Below, in pieces: positions 24,033 to 33,162 of a stretch of DNA of 64,000 bases. The translations under genes were made by a program, and so were the position numbers. The first letter of the stretch is position 1. Every line of letters starts with the position of its first letter. Origin of the DNA: Longimicrobiales bacterium (GTDB taxonomy: Bacteria > Gemmatimonadota > Gemmatimonadetes > Longimicrobiales > Gaopeijiaceae); contig OZ220732.1 of NCBI GenBank assembly GCA_965116905.1, positions 4,032,001-4,096,000 on the forward strand, read 5' to 3'. The notes under the pieces are model-generated. The model saw nothing but the letters and a program-made list of their open reading frames with translations, ran no database searches and was not told where the DNA came from.

Positions 24033-26465
24033 TTAGCGTCCCGTCCCGAAGTTCGGCGCGAGCGTCTCGATCCCCGCGGCGGCGCCCGATGCGGTTTCCT
24101 CGATCACCGCGGCGAGCGCATCGAAATCGTCCACCCCGCAGAGGCCGGCGATCGTGGCCCTGGCTCCGGTGGCCGCCGATTCGACCTCGAACCCCTCGTC
24201 CGCGACAAGCCGCAGCGCGCCGCGGAGATTCCGCCACAGCGCCGCCGCCGCCGCGAGCCGCTCGGCGGCATCCTCAGTGATCAACCCACGATCGCCCGCC
24301 GCCCGGAAAGTGTGCTCCGCGTCGCCCGCCGGACGTGCCGCCGCATCGCCGCCGGGCGCCATGCGCAGGAACAGCGCGGCGCGTTCGATGTCTCGAAGAC
24401 CTCCCCGCATCGTGGCGATCGACTCCAGGTCCGGTACGCCGGTTTCGGCGGCATGCTCTCCGGGCTTGCGCAATTCAGCCAGCAGCATCTCGCGAACCGA
24501 AGGTCCGCCCAGCGCCTCGCGCAGCCCTACGGACACCCGTTCCGCAACGTCCTCGTCGCCCGATCCCCACACGCACCGGGCCCGCGCCAGACCCACCGGA
24601 TCCCATCCCGAACCGGGGTTGCGGAGTTGTTCGGCGAATGCGTCAAGCGGCTGGATCTCGCCCGCCCCGCCACGCGTGAACGATTGGGGCGACAGCAGCA
24701 GGTTGTTGCGGGTCAGCGCGCGCAGCGCCTTCCGGAAGCGGCCGCACAGTTTCCGATAGTGCCTGGCCGGGGTTCCCTCGTACACGAACCGGATGTCGAG
24801 CGTCTCGCCCGGCATCGCTTCTCCGCTCGCCAGGGGTCCCTCCACGACGACCGCCACGCCGCCGCTGCCCTGCGGCACACCGCGATCGGCAAAGTCCTCC
24901 TCTACCGCGGACAGCACGGTGGCGATGGAGGCCTCCCCGACGCGTGACAACGCCGTCACCGCCTCGGCGATCGACAAGCTCCCGCGCATCGTGTGCACCG
25001 CGATCTGGAAGACCTTGCCGTTCGACCACTCGCGCGCCGCATCCACCGCCTCGCTGGCGTCCTGCACGTGAGTGTCGGCAAGCTGGGCCTTCATCTCGGC
25101 CACGCCGAGTTCGTGGGTCCAGTACAGGCGTGCCAGTCCGCACCGGGCAATCGCCTCGGATTCCGGGTCCGACAGGAAGCCCTCCGGGAGCTCCAGATCC
25201 GTGAACTCCCGCTCCCTGAGCATGTCGAGCAACACCGGGGCACGGTTGATCCATCCGGCAATGCGAGGAGCGGCGGCGTGAATCTCGGCGATCGCGTCGA
25301 ATGCGTCGGGGCGTGCCGCGAACGCCCGGCTGTCATAGGCGCTCCAGTCCTTGATGTCGGGATAGAACTGCGCCCGCTGAAGATCGAGCAGGGGGTCGAT
25401 GGTCTGGAACCACCGCTTGGGGAAGAGGGCCAGGCCGTTCATCTGAATGTAGCTGCCCGGCAGCTGCGGCGAGGCGGCCTCGTTGTGATGCTGAAGCAGC
25501 GGATAGCGCCGGTTCGACGTGTGGTGGTCGGCGTGGCGCTGCATGTTGTAGTACAGCCAGTTGGTGAACTTGTAGGCCGCGCTCCAGGCGTGCCGCGGCT
25601 TGACGGGCTCGAACCGGCCGGCCGGCGTGAGGACCCGTCGCAACCCGTAGTGCTGCACATAGTTGCTGATCTTCATCGAGAATACGACGTTGCCGCACAG
25701 AACCACGTAGACCAGGGCTGCCCACGGACCGCCCATCCAGAGTATGATCCCGTACCAGAAGATGAGCTGCACGGCGTAGCGCCAGAACGCGTTCGTATGG
25801 TGCCATGCCGGCAACTGGCGACGCGTCAGGCGGCGGCGTTCGAACCGCCAGGCCCCCAACAGGTTGTTCGCCACCTCCGCGGGCAGGTATCGCCAGAAGC
25901 TCAGACCCTTCGGAGAGGACCCCGGGTCCCGGGGCGTGCACACCCACGGATGATGAATGTAGACGTGCTCGGTTGCATAGTGCGGGTAGGAGACGGAAGC
26001 CAGCAGGAACTCGCCGAGGCGACGCTCCCAGAGAGCGCGGCGGTGGACCAGCTCGTGGCCGACGATGAAGACGGTCTGTCCCACCATCGTGAGAATCACG
26101 GCCACGCACCAGACTTCCCACAGCGCCAGATGATCGGAAACCAGTGCCTGCCAGAGCGCGAAGATGAACGTGGCCGGCCAGAGCACCGCCCAGAGCCAGA
26201 GCGAGAGCTTGTACAGAAACAGCTGGCTCTCGCTGGTGGTGGCCGGATCCATGTTCCGCTCCTCCAGGCCGAATATCCTGTCGAAGCGGTCCGCGAGCGC
26301 GTAGAAGACCAGCGGCACCGCGATCCACCAGCCACCGAACACCGCGGCGCACGCGACGAGCGGAAAGATCGCAAGGGGCGCGAAGTGTGGGAGCGCATTC
26401 GCAACGGAAGCCTCGACGATTCTCCGTTCCATGGCCACGGGGGGACTCGTACTGTGTGCTTCCAT
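24033..26465 (-). CDS. AlkB-family alkane 1-monooxygenase-like protein fused to a degenerate GlnE adenylyltransferase-like domain
   Basis: His boxes HELVH, EHVYIHH, NYVQHYG and QRHADHH plus SPQLP. The C-terminal half has GlnE-like segments VAVVVEGPLASGEAMPGETLDIRFVY and MRGGLRDIE. Confidence 0.8.
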   Translation of the reverse strand: MEAHSTSPPVAMERRIVEASVANALPHFAPLAIFPLVACAAVFGGWWIAVPLVFYALADRFDRIFGLEERNMDPATTSESQLFLYKLSLWLWAVLWPATFIFALWQALVSDHLALWEVWCVAVILTMVGQTVFIVGHELVHRRALWERRLGEFLLASVSYPHYATEHVYIHHPWVCTPRDPGSSPKGLSFWRYLPAEVANNLLGAWRFERRRLTRRQLPAWHHTNAFWRYAVQLIFWYGIILWMGGPWAALVYVVLCGNVVFSMKISNYVQHYGLRRVLTPAGRFEPVKPRHAWSAAYKFTNWLYYNMQRHADHHTSNRRYPLLQHHNEAASPQLPGSYIQMNGLALFPKRWFQTIDPLLDLQRAQFYPDIKDWSAYDSRAFAARPDAFDAIAEIHAAAPRIAGWINRAPVLLDMLREREFTDLELPEGFLSDPESEAIARCGLARLYWTHELGVAEMKAQLADTHVQDASEAVDAAREWSNGKVFQIAVHTMRGSLSIAEAVTALSRVGEASIATVLSAVEEDFADRGVPQGSGGVAVVVEGPLASGEAMPGETLDIRFVYEGTPARHYRKLCGRFRKALRALTRNNLLLSPQSFTRGGAGEIQPLDAFAEQLRNPGSGWDPVGLARARCVWGSGDEDVAERVSVGLREALGGPSVREMLLAELRKPGEHAAETGVPDLESIATMRGGLRDIERAALFLRMAPGGDAAARPAGDAEHTFRAAGDRGLITEDAAERLAAAAALWRNLRGALRLVADEGFEVESAATGARATIAGLCGVDDFDALAAVIEETASGAAAGIETLAPNFGTGR

Positions 26466-26572
26466 CGTCGAAACCCTCGGCTTATTGCAATCGCTCCCCC
26501 GCACGTCCGATCCCAACGTATTCTTGCCTGCCGCGCCCCGTCGGTCAACTGTCGTCCTGCGCCCCGCGCCTC

Positions 26573-27811
26573 CTACCCCGGCATCCTCCGGAACAGCCGC
26601 AGCAGCGAAGCGAACGCCAGCGCATACATCACCGCCCCGAGCAGGAACGGCGCCCCCGCCAGCTCCATCGGCGCATCCGGCGAAGTGAAGTAGCTGAACA
26701 GGCCCGCGGTGAAGATCAGCGGCGCCAGGATGCTCGTCAGGCTCATCAGCGACGTGATGCCCCCCTGCACCTTCCCCTGGTCCTCGGGCGGCACCGAACC
26801 GGCGACCAGGCTCTGGATCGCGGGGCCCGCCACACCCCCGATGGAGCCGAAGACGATGAACGCGAACAGCATCCACCCGGCGGTCGCCAGCCCGTATCCG
26901 AGGTAGGTGATGACCGCGACGACGAGGCCGTACAGGATCGCTCGGCGTTCACCGAGCCTGCCTACAATCGGCCGCACCAGTCCCCCCTGGACGATCGCCG
27001 CCATCACCCCGACCAGCATGAGCGAGAAGCCGTTCATCTGCTCGTCCCAACCGAACTTGTGGCCGGTGTAGAGGACCCAGACCGTCTCGAGACCGCGCTG
27101 CGCAAGCACGACGAAGACGAATGCGCCGGTGAGGCCCGCCACCAGCGGATACGACCCGAGCACGTAGAGGCTGCCAACCGGATTCGCCTTCCTCCAACTG
27201 AACGCGTCCCGCTTTTCCGGCGGCAGCGACTCGGGCAGAACGAAGAAGCCGTAGAGCCAGTTCACCAGCGCGAGACCCGCCGAGACAAAGAAGGGGAGCC
27301 GCAGGTCGATCCCTCCGAGGATTCCCCCCAGGCCCGGGCCGAAGATGAAGCCAAGCCCGAACGCCACGCCGATCAGACCGAAGTTGCGCGCCCGGTCCTC
27401 CGGCTTCGACACGTCCGCGATATAGGCGTTGGCGGTGGTGATGCTCGCCCCCATCACGCCGGCGATCAGCCGGCCCACGAAGAGCCAGACCAGGGACGGC
27501 GCGAATCCCATGATGATGTAGTCCACACCGAGCCCGAACAGCGAAATCAGGATCACGGGCCTGCGCCCCACGCGGTCGGACAACGCTCCGAGCACCGGTG
27601 CGAAGATGAACTGGGTGAGCGCGTAGGTGGAGGCCAGGACGCCGAACCAGCGCCCGGCAAGGGTGGTGCTGCCCCCGGCGAAGTCCTTGATCAGTTCCGG
27701 GAGAATGGGGATGATGACCCCAATCCCCAACACGTCGATGAAGACCGTGATGAGGATGAAGATCATGGCGGCCTGACGGCCGCGTCCCGGTACCGGCAAG
27801 AGCACCTCCAC
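26573..27811 (-). CDS. MFS transporter, TCR/Tet (DHA1) family
   Basis: IDVLGIGVIIPILP, GALSDRVGRRPV (motif A), GFIFGPGLGG and LPESL; ~12 TM segments. Confidence 0.92.
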   Translation of the reverse strand: MEVLLPVPGRGRQAAMIFILITVFIDVLGIGVIIPILPELIKDFAGGSTTLAGRWFGVLASTYALTQFIFAPVLGALSDRVGRRPVILISLFGLGVDYIIMGFAPSLVWLFVGRLIAGVMGASITTANAYIADVSKPEDRARNFGLIGVAFGLGFIFGPGLGGILGGIDLRLPFFVSAGLALVNWLYGFFVLPESLPPEKRDAFSWRKANPVGSLYVLGSYPLVAGLTGAFVFVVLAQRGLETVWVLYTGHKFGWDEQMNGFSLMLVGVMAAIVQGGLVRPIVGRLGERRAILYGLVVAVITYLGYGLATAGWMLFAFIVFGSIGGVAGPAIQSLVAGSVPPEDQGKVQGGITSLMSLTSILAPLIFTAGLFSYFTSPDAPMELAGAPFLLGAVMYALAFASLLRLFRRMPG

Positions 27812-27908
27812 GCGATAGTTCAGGAAGGAGCATAGCGGACCCCGGCTGCCCGCGCGCCCTCCGTCTCCACCGAGTTGGCCGAATCGATCCCCCTGGACGC
27901 CCTCCCAT

Positions 27909-28628
27909 ATGGACTTCGAGACCTTCGAGAAGCAGTCGCGCCGTATCTACGAGAGCATTCCGGCGGCCTACCGGGAGGGTGTCGACGGGATGACGGTGCA
28001 TCGGGACGCACTCCCCCATCCGCGGTTTCCGGGCGTGTACACGCTTGGCGAGTGTCTGACGGAGTCCTATCCGTCGAGCTGGGACGGGCCCGACACGCTG
28101 CGGTCCCAGGTCCTCCTCCACTGGGGTTCCTTCCGGGCGCTCGCGGCCGTGGATCCGACATTCGACTGGCAGGAACAGATCTGGGAGACGCTGACGCACG
28201 AGTTGCGCCACCATCTCGAATCGCTCGCCGACAGCGAAGACCTGCTCGGAGTGGACTACGCGATGGAACAAACGTTCCAGCGCCATCAGGGACTGGACTT
28301 CGACCCTGGCTACTATCGGCACGGCGACCGCCTCGCCCCCGGCATCTACGCCGTCGAGGACGAGGTGTATATCGAGCAGTTCTGGAAACGCGGCGATTTC
28401 GAGCGCGCGCCGGAGATTCGCTTCTCGTGGGCGGGGTGCAGCTACGGCATCGGCCATCCCGGCGAACTCGGCGACGTTCACTTCGTTCGAATCGTGGACG
28501 GGATTCCGGCCCCTCCCTACCTTGAACTGGTACTGGTGCGAAGGTCCTCCTGGCTGAACCGGACCCGGGCCGCACTGAGGCGGGAAGACATCGAAGTCTT
28601 CGAGTCCGCGGCGCAGGCGAGGGAGTGA
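27909..28628 (+). CDS. Zincin-like metallopeptidase family protein
   Basis: VYTLGEC and ETLTHELRHHLE (HExxH). Confidence 0.75.
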   Translation: MDFETFEKQSRRIYESIPAAYREGVDGMTVHRDALPHPRFPGVYTLGECLTESYPSSWDGPDTLRSQVLLHWGSFRALAAVDPTFDWQEQIWETLTHELRHHLESLADSEDLLGVDYAMEQTFQRHQGLDFDPGYYRHGDRLAPGIYAVEDEVYIEQFWKRGDFERAPEIRFSWAGCSYGIGHPGELGDVHFVRIVDGIPAPPYLELVLVRRSSWLNRTRAALRREDIEVFESAAQARE

Positions 28629-28696
28629 AGAGAACCTCGGTGCCGCCTGTGGTGTAGACGACGCAGGCCCATGCACCCCAACACCCGAAAGGACCG

Positions 28697-29329
28697 ATGA
28701 TGACGCGGACACGTTCACGGCGACGCGAAGGCTTCCACTCGCACCTTCGGCTTCGTGCCCTGGCGACCGTCGCGGCCATGGCGGTCGCGGTCGTGACCAC
28801 CGGCTGCGCCTCGGGCTCATCCGGTTCGGCGAACGCCGAGAATGACCGGCCCGTGGTGCCCGGCGAACGCCGCACCATCCTCCGCGTCGGCAACTACGAG
28901 CGCCTGGAGATCTTCAACGAGCCGGGGGTGGGCGTACGGACGATCGGCGTGGCGGCCGAATTGGCGTGGCGCGCACTCGGAGGCGTCTACGGCGAGTTGG
29001 GCATCCCCGTGACGTCCTCCAACCCGAACACCATGGAGCTGGGGAATCCCGGCTACTCGGCCCGCCGGGTCGGCGGCGACCGCATGAACACGTTTGTCGA
29101 CTGCGGCAGCGGCCTTTCAGGACCGCTGGCCAACCTGTACGAAGTCACCCTGTCCGTATCCACCAGGCTCACCGCCAAGGGGCCTCAGAGCACCGAGGTG
29201 TTGACCGTGGTCGATGCCTTCGGGGAGCCTCGCGCCGTGAGCGGCAACATGATCCACTGCCAGTCGCGCGGGGTGCTCGAATTGCGGGTCGCGCAGGAGG
29301 TTGCGGAAGCGTTGGGCGTTACGCCCTGA
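28697..29329 (+). CDS. Hypothetical lipoprotein
   Basis: AAAGGA RBS, hydrophobic signal with VTTGC lipobox, and a Cys pair (VDCG...IHCQSRG). Confidence 0.6.
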   Translation: MMTRTRSRRREGFHSHLRLRALATVAAMAVAVVTTGCASGSSGSANAENDRPVVPGERRTILRVGNYERLEIFNEPGVGVRTIGVAAELAWRALGGVYGELGIPVTSSNPNTMELGNPGYSARRVGGDRMNTFVDCGSGLSGPLANLYEVTLSVSTRLTAKGPQSTEVLTVVDAFGEPRAVSGNMIHCQSRGVLELRVAQEVAEALGVTP

Positions 29330-29359
29330 AGGATCGCTCGGCAGGACCGTGGCGGCGCC

Positions 29360-31666
29360 TCAGCAGGACAGGCACTTGTGGTTGTTCTTCGACCCCAGTT
29401 CCTCCAGGAGCGCGACGGTCGCCGGGAAGGGCTGAAGGCGCTGGATCGGGCCGTTGGCCATGTCAGCCGTGGTCTGACCCCTGCGGCTTATCACGGTGAC
29501 GTCCGCGCCGTGCTCGACCAGGTAGAGAACCAGTTCGTTGTCGCCCCGTGAGGCGGCGTGATGCAGCGCGGTGTAGGCGTTCGCGTCGCGCGCGTTGACG
29601 TCGGCGCCACACTCCTCGACAAGGAATCTCACCGCCGCGAGCCAGTTGTCCGGTACGTGGCGGTGCGCATTGCCCGCGAAGGACTGACCGTACCCGACGC
29701 CCGACGCCGCGTGAATCGGGAACATGTGCGGCCCCCCGACGGGAACGGGCGGCACGCCCGATGAATCCTCCTCCGCGCCATTGGCGCCCGGCCGGGGTGC
29801 CTCACCTTCTTCAGCGGCTGACTCACCTTCAGCGTTGCCTGCGGTAGGCGCGGGCTCGCTTTCAGCCACCTCCGCGCCTTCGGTCACCTCCGCGCCCTCG
29901 GTCGCCTCCGAGGCCTCGCCGGCCTCCTTGTCCGCGGGTGCATCCGCCCCCTCCTTCGCCCCCTCCTTCGCCTCCCCTTCCGCCTTTTCCTCTTCCTCCT
30001 CGGAAGGGGGCGGGCGGCGGCGGCGCTGCGGAGGCTTCATGGTGGCGATGGCCGGATCCGCTCCATGCTCCTTGAGCAGCCGCATGGCGTCCACGTCGAG
30101 CGCATAGGCGGCGCGCCAGAATGGTGTCGCTCCCTGCAGGTTGATCCCGCTCCCGCGGAGAACGCCGAACGTGTATTCCATGTACCACAGGTGACTCTTG
30201 AGGCGCGGGTTCGGGTCCGCTCCGGCCTGGAGCAGAGCCTCCAGCACTTCGAGGTGGGTCGTTGCCTGCTGCTCATGCTCGGTGGGGTGGGCGTACGACG
30301 CCCGCGGCGCCCACTGCCGCTCGAGGACCGCGAACAGCGGCGTGGCGCCGGCCGTACTGGCCGCATTGGGGTCGGCACCCCGATCGATCAGCCACAGCGC
30401 CAGGTCGAACTGACCGTTCACCGCCGCCATCAGCAGGGGGGTGGTCGCGTCGCCTTCCGACGGCTGGTCGATGTCGGCTCCGCCCGCGAGCAGCGCCTCG
30501 GCAGCCGCCCGGTGTCCCTGCCGGACCGCGTGGAGCAGCGGCGTGAGCCCACCCCACGAGCCCACCATCTGGGCGTAGGACATCGGGCGCGGCTCCTCGT
30601 CGCCTTCGCCCTCCCCGTCGGCGGGGGACTCTTCGCCGGCGGCGGCGGTCGTGTCCGTGGCCATCGCGGCGGTGGCGGCGGTCGAGGCGGCACTGTCGGC
30701 CGCCTGGCCGTCGTCGCCTGCGCCCTCGCCCTCGCCCTCCTCATCGCCTTCGCCCTCCTCATCCTCTTCGCCGTCGTCCGCCGGATCGGGGACATCCGGC
30801 CACTTGCGCTGGATCTCCCGTGACGCCTCGATCGCGGCCTGCACCTGGCGCGGGGTCGGCTGCCAGTCCGTGCCACCCCCCTCCTTCTCCTTGAACGCCG
30901 CCAGGAACTCGTCGAGTCGCCGCTCCGCGGCCTGATCCGCGTCCGCGCGCTCCTCGACGTCGACCGAATGCGCCGCCAGAGACGGGTCCGCCCCGTGATC
31001 CAGCAACACGCGGATGGCATCGGCCCGGTTGTTGGCCGCGGCAAAGACCAGCGGCGTCTGACCCCACGCGGCCTCGCGCGCGTTCACGTCGGCTCCCGCC
31101 TTCACAAGGGCATCGATCACCGCCGGGTCCCCCGCGCCGGCGGCCAGGTGCAGCGCCGCGGCACCCGAATTGGTGGTGCGCGCGTCCGGGTCGCTGCCCG
31201 CGTCGAGCAGGAGCGCCACGACCTGCCCGTGCGCGGCGCGGGCCGCCAGGTGAAGCGGCGTGTAGTGGCCGATCCGCGTCCCGGCGTCGACCCTCGCCCC
31301 CGCGTACAGGAGGATCTCGGCCAGTTCGCCGTGTCCGTGTTCGGCCGCCCAGTGCAACGCGGTCATTCCGTCTCCCTGGGCGGCGTTCACGTCCGCCCCC
31401 TCGCGCAGCAGACGCCGCACGGCCGTCAGGTCGCCGCGCTGGGCGGCATCGGCCACCGGCGAGTCGAGCGTGGCGTGCGTAGCGCGCATCGTCGATTCCG
31501 CGGCCACCCACACGGCGGCGACCGACTCGGCCGTCGCCCACTCGGCCACCCGCTCGGACGCCGCGGAACTTCCGGGCGCCAGGATCGGAACTGCCAGGCA
31601 AGCCGCAAATCGACACAGGCGACCGGCCCGTCTCAACCCGCCGATCACACCACCGGCCCGCCTCAT
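29360..31666 (-). CDS. Secreted ankyrin-repeat protein with acidic low-complexity inserts
   Basis: Many G-T(P/A)LH.AA repeats (GMTALHWAA, HYTPLHLAA, GQTPLVFAA, TTPLLMAA, YTALHHAA); C-terminal NNHKCLSC. Confidence 0.9.
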   Translation of the reverse strand: MRRAGGVIGGLRRAGRLCRFAACLAVPILAPGSSAASERVAEWATAESVAAVWVAAESTMRATHATLDSPVADAAQRGDLTAVRRLLREGADVNAAQGDGMTALHWAAEHGHGELAEILLYAGARVDAGTRIGHYTPLHLAARAAHGQVVALLLDAGSDPDARTTNSGAAALHLAAGAGDPAVIDALVKAGADVNAREAAWGQTPLVFAAANNRADAIRVLLDHGADPSLAAHSVDVEERADADQAAERRLDEFLAAFKEKEGGGTDWQPTPRQVQAAIEASREIQRKWPDVPDPADDGEEDEEGEGDEEGEGEGAGDDGQAADSAASTAATAAMATDTTAAAGEESPADGEGEGDEEPRPMSYAQMVGSWGGLTPLLHAVRQGHRAAAEALLAGGADIDQPSEGDATTPLLMAAVNGQFDLALWLIDRGADPNAASTAGATPLFAVLERQWAPRASYAHPTEHEQQATTHLEVLEALLQAGADPNPRLKSHLWYMEYTFGVLRGSGINLQGATPFWRAAYALDVDAMRLLKEHGADPAIATMKPPQRRRRPPPSEEEEEKAEGEAKEGAKEGADAPADKEAGEASEATEGAEVTEGAEVAESEPAPTAGNAEGESAAEEGEAPRPGANGAEEDSSGVPPVPVGGPHMFPIHAASGVGYGQSFAGNAHRHVPDNWLAAVRFLVEECGADVNARDANAYTALHHAASRGDNELVLYLVEHGADVTVISRRGQTTADMANGPIQRLQPFPATVALLEELGSKNNHKCLSC

Positions 31667-33075
31667 CGCCCTGTCGCGGCCTCCGCGGGCATCGCCAGCG
31701 AGAACTCGCCCGTCGCGTCACCGAACCGCTCCAGCCCGTCATGACCCAGCCGGTGCAGCAGCGTGGTGAAGACATTGGCCATCGGCGTCCCCGCATCGGC
31801 CTTCAGGTGCACGCCGCCTTCCAGCAGGCCGTTGGCACCGCCCATCAACACGAGCGGACAGCGGCGGTGGTTGTGCAGGTTGGCATCGCCCATCGGAGAA
31901 CCCCAGATGATCATGGACTGGTCCAGCAGGCTCGAGTCCCCGTCCATGGTCTCCTGCATCCGCTCGAGGAAATACGTCAGCTGCCCCGTCCGGTACTGAC
32001 AGATCCGGTTGAACTCCATGATGTTCTTTTCCCTGCCCCCGTGGTGCGAGGCAGGATGGAAGGCCCGGTCCGAGCCGCTCTCGGGAAAGACGCGATTGGA
32101 CGCGTCACGCCCGGTCTTGAAGGCCACGACGCGCGTCGTGTCGGTCTGGAACGCGAGCACCTGGAGATCGAACATGAGCCGCATGTGCTCGCGGAAGGAA
32201 TCCGGCACCCCCGGAGGCGCGCCGGGCAGTTCCCGGGGCTCACCGCTGGTATTGCGCGCCTCAACCTGCTGGATTCGCCGTTCGATCTCGCGCACGCTCT
32301 CCAGGTAGCGGTCGACGCGGCGGCGGTCGACGGCGCCGAGTTCGCGCCTGATGTCGGCCACTTCGCCCACCACCCAGTCCAGAATGCTCCGGTGCGTGTG
32401 TCGCCGCCGCGCGCGCTCCTCGGCGGTGCCCCCCGCCCCGAAGAGCATGTCGAAAGCGGTCCGGGGACTGCGGATCATCGGGAGCGGCGTGGAAGGCGTC
32501 GCCCAGCTGATCGAATCCGTGTACGAGCAGGAGTAGTTGTAGTCGCAGCCGCCCCCCTTGTCCGTCCGCTCGATACAGAGCTGAAGCGAGGGAAGCGCGG
32601 TCTCCTGGCCGAACCGCTGGGCGTGCAGCTGGTCCAGTGACGTGCCGCAGTAGATGTCCGAGCCCTGGGTCTGCCTGGGATGTGCCTGCGTGAGGAAGAC
32701 CGCGCTGGACCGGAAGTGGTCGCCGCCCACCTCCTGCGCCTCGAAGGCCTCCGCCATGCGCACGTCGGTGTTGCTCACGATGGTCAGGTAGTCCCGCCAC
32801 GGCTCGAGCGCCTTCAGCACGTTGGCGTCGACCAGCTCGAAGTCGCGCCCCACCGTGGCGGGAGCGAAGAGATTCTGCTCGGCGCCCCACTCGTTGCAGC
32901 CGGGCACGCCGTGGACCTCCTCGATGCACACCAGCCGCGTGGGCCGATCGGCCAGAGGCGCGGCGCGCAACCGTCCCGCGGGGAACATCGCGTCCAGCAG
33001 GGGAAGGGCGACCGTCGCGCCGGCGCCCCGGAGGAAGGTGCGGCGCGGCATCGACCTGGAGGTGATGAAATGCAT
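31663..33075 (-). CDS. DUF1552 domain protein (Tat-exported)
   Basis: PRRTFLRGAGATVALPLLDAM Tat signal, GCDYNYSCSY, HPASHH and GSPMGDANLH. Confidence 0.85.
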   Translation of the reverse strand: MHFITSRSMPRRTFLRGAGATVALPLLDAMFPAGRLRAAPLADRPTRLVCIEEVHGVPGCNEWGAEQNLFAPATVGRDFELVDANVLKALEPWRDYLTIVSNTDVRMAEAFEAQEVGGDHFRSSAVFLTQAHPRQTQGSDIYCGTSLDQLHAQRFGQETALPSLQLCIERTDKGGGCDYNYSCSYTDSISWATPSTPLPMIRSPRTAFDMLFGAGGTAEERARRRHTHRSILDWVVGEVADIRRELGAVDRRRVDRYLESVREIERRIQQVEARNTSGEPRELPGAPPGVPDSFREHMRLMFDLQVLAFQTDTTRVVAFKTGRDASNRVFPESGSDRAFHPASHHGGREKNIMEFNRICQYRTGQLTYFLERMQETMDGDSSLLDQSMIIWGSPMGDANLHNHRRCPLVLMGGANGLLEGGVHLKADAGTPMANVFTTLLHRLGHDGLERFGDATGEFSLAMPAEAATGR

Positions 33076-33162
33076 GTCGGCTCCGTGTATCAGCTGCGCA
33101 CCCCGCTCAGGCGTCCACAGGGAATCTACGGCATGTCTGCGTCCGGGGCATGCGGCGCATCG

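Noticed and set aside
26573..27811. Bona fide tetA resistance gene or RiPP exporter
   Set aside because: Family-level motifs only, with no tetR or mobile context; the substrate cannot be inferred.
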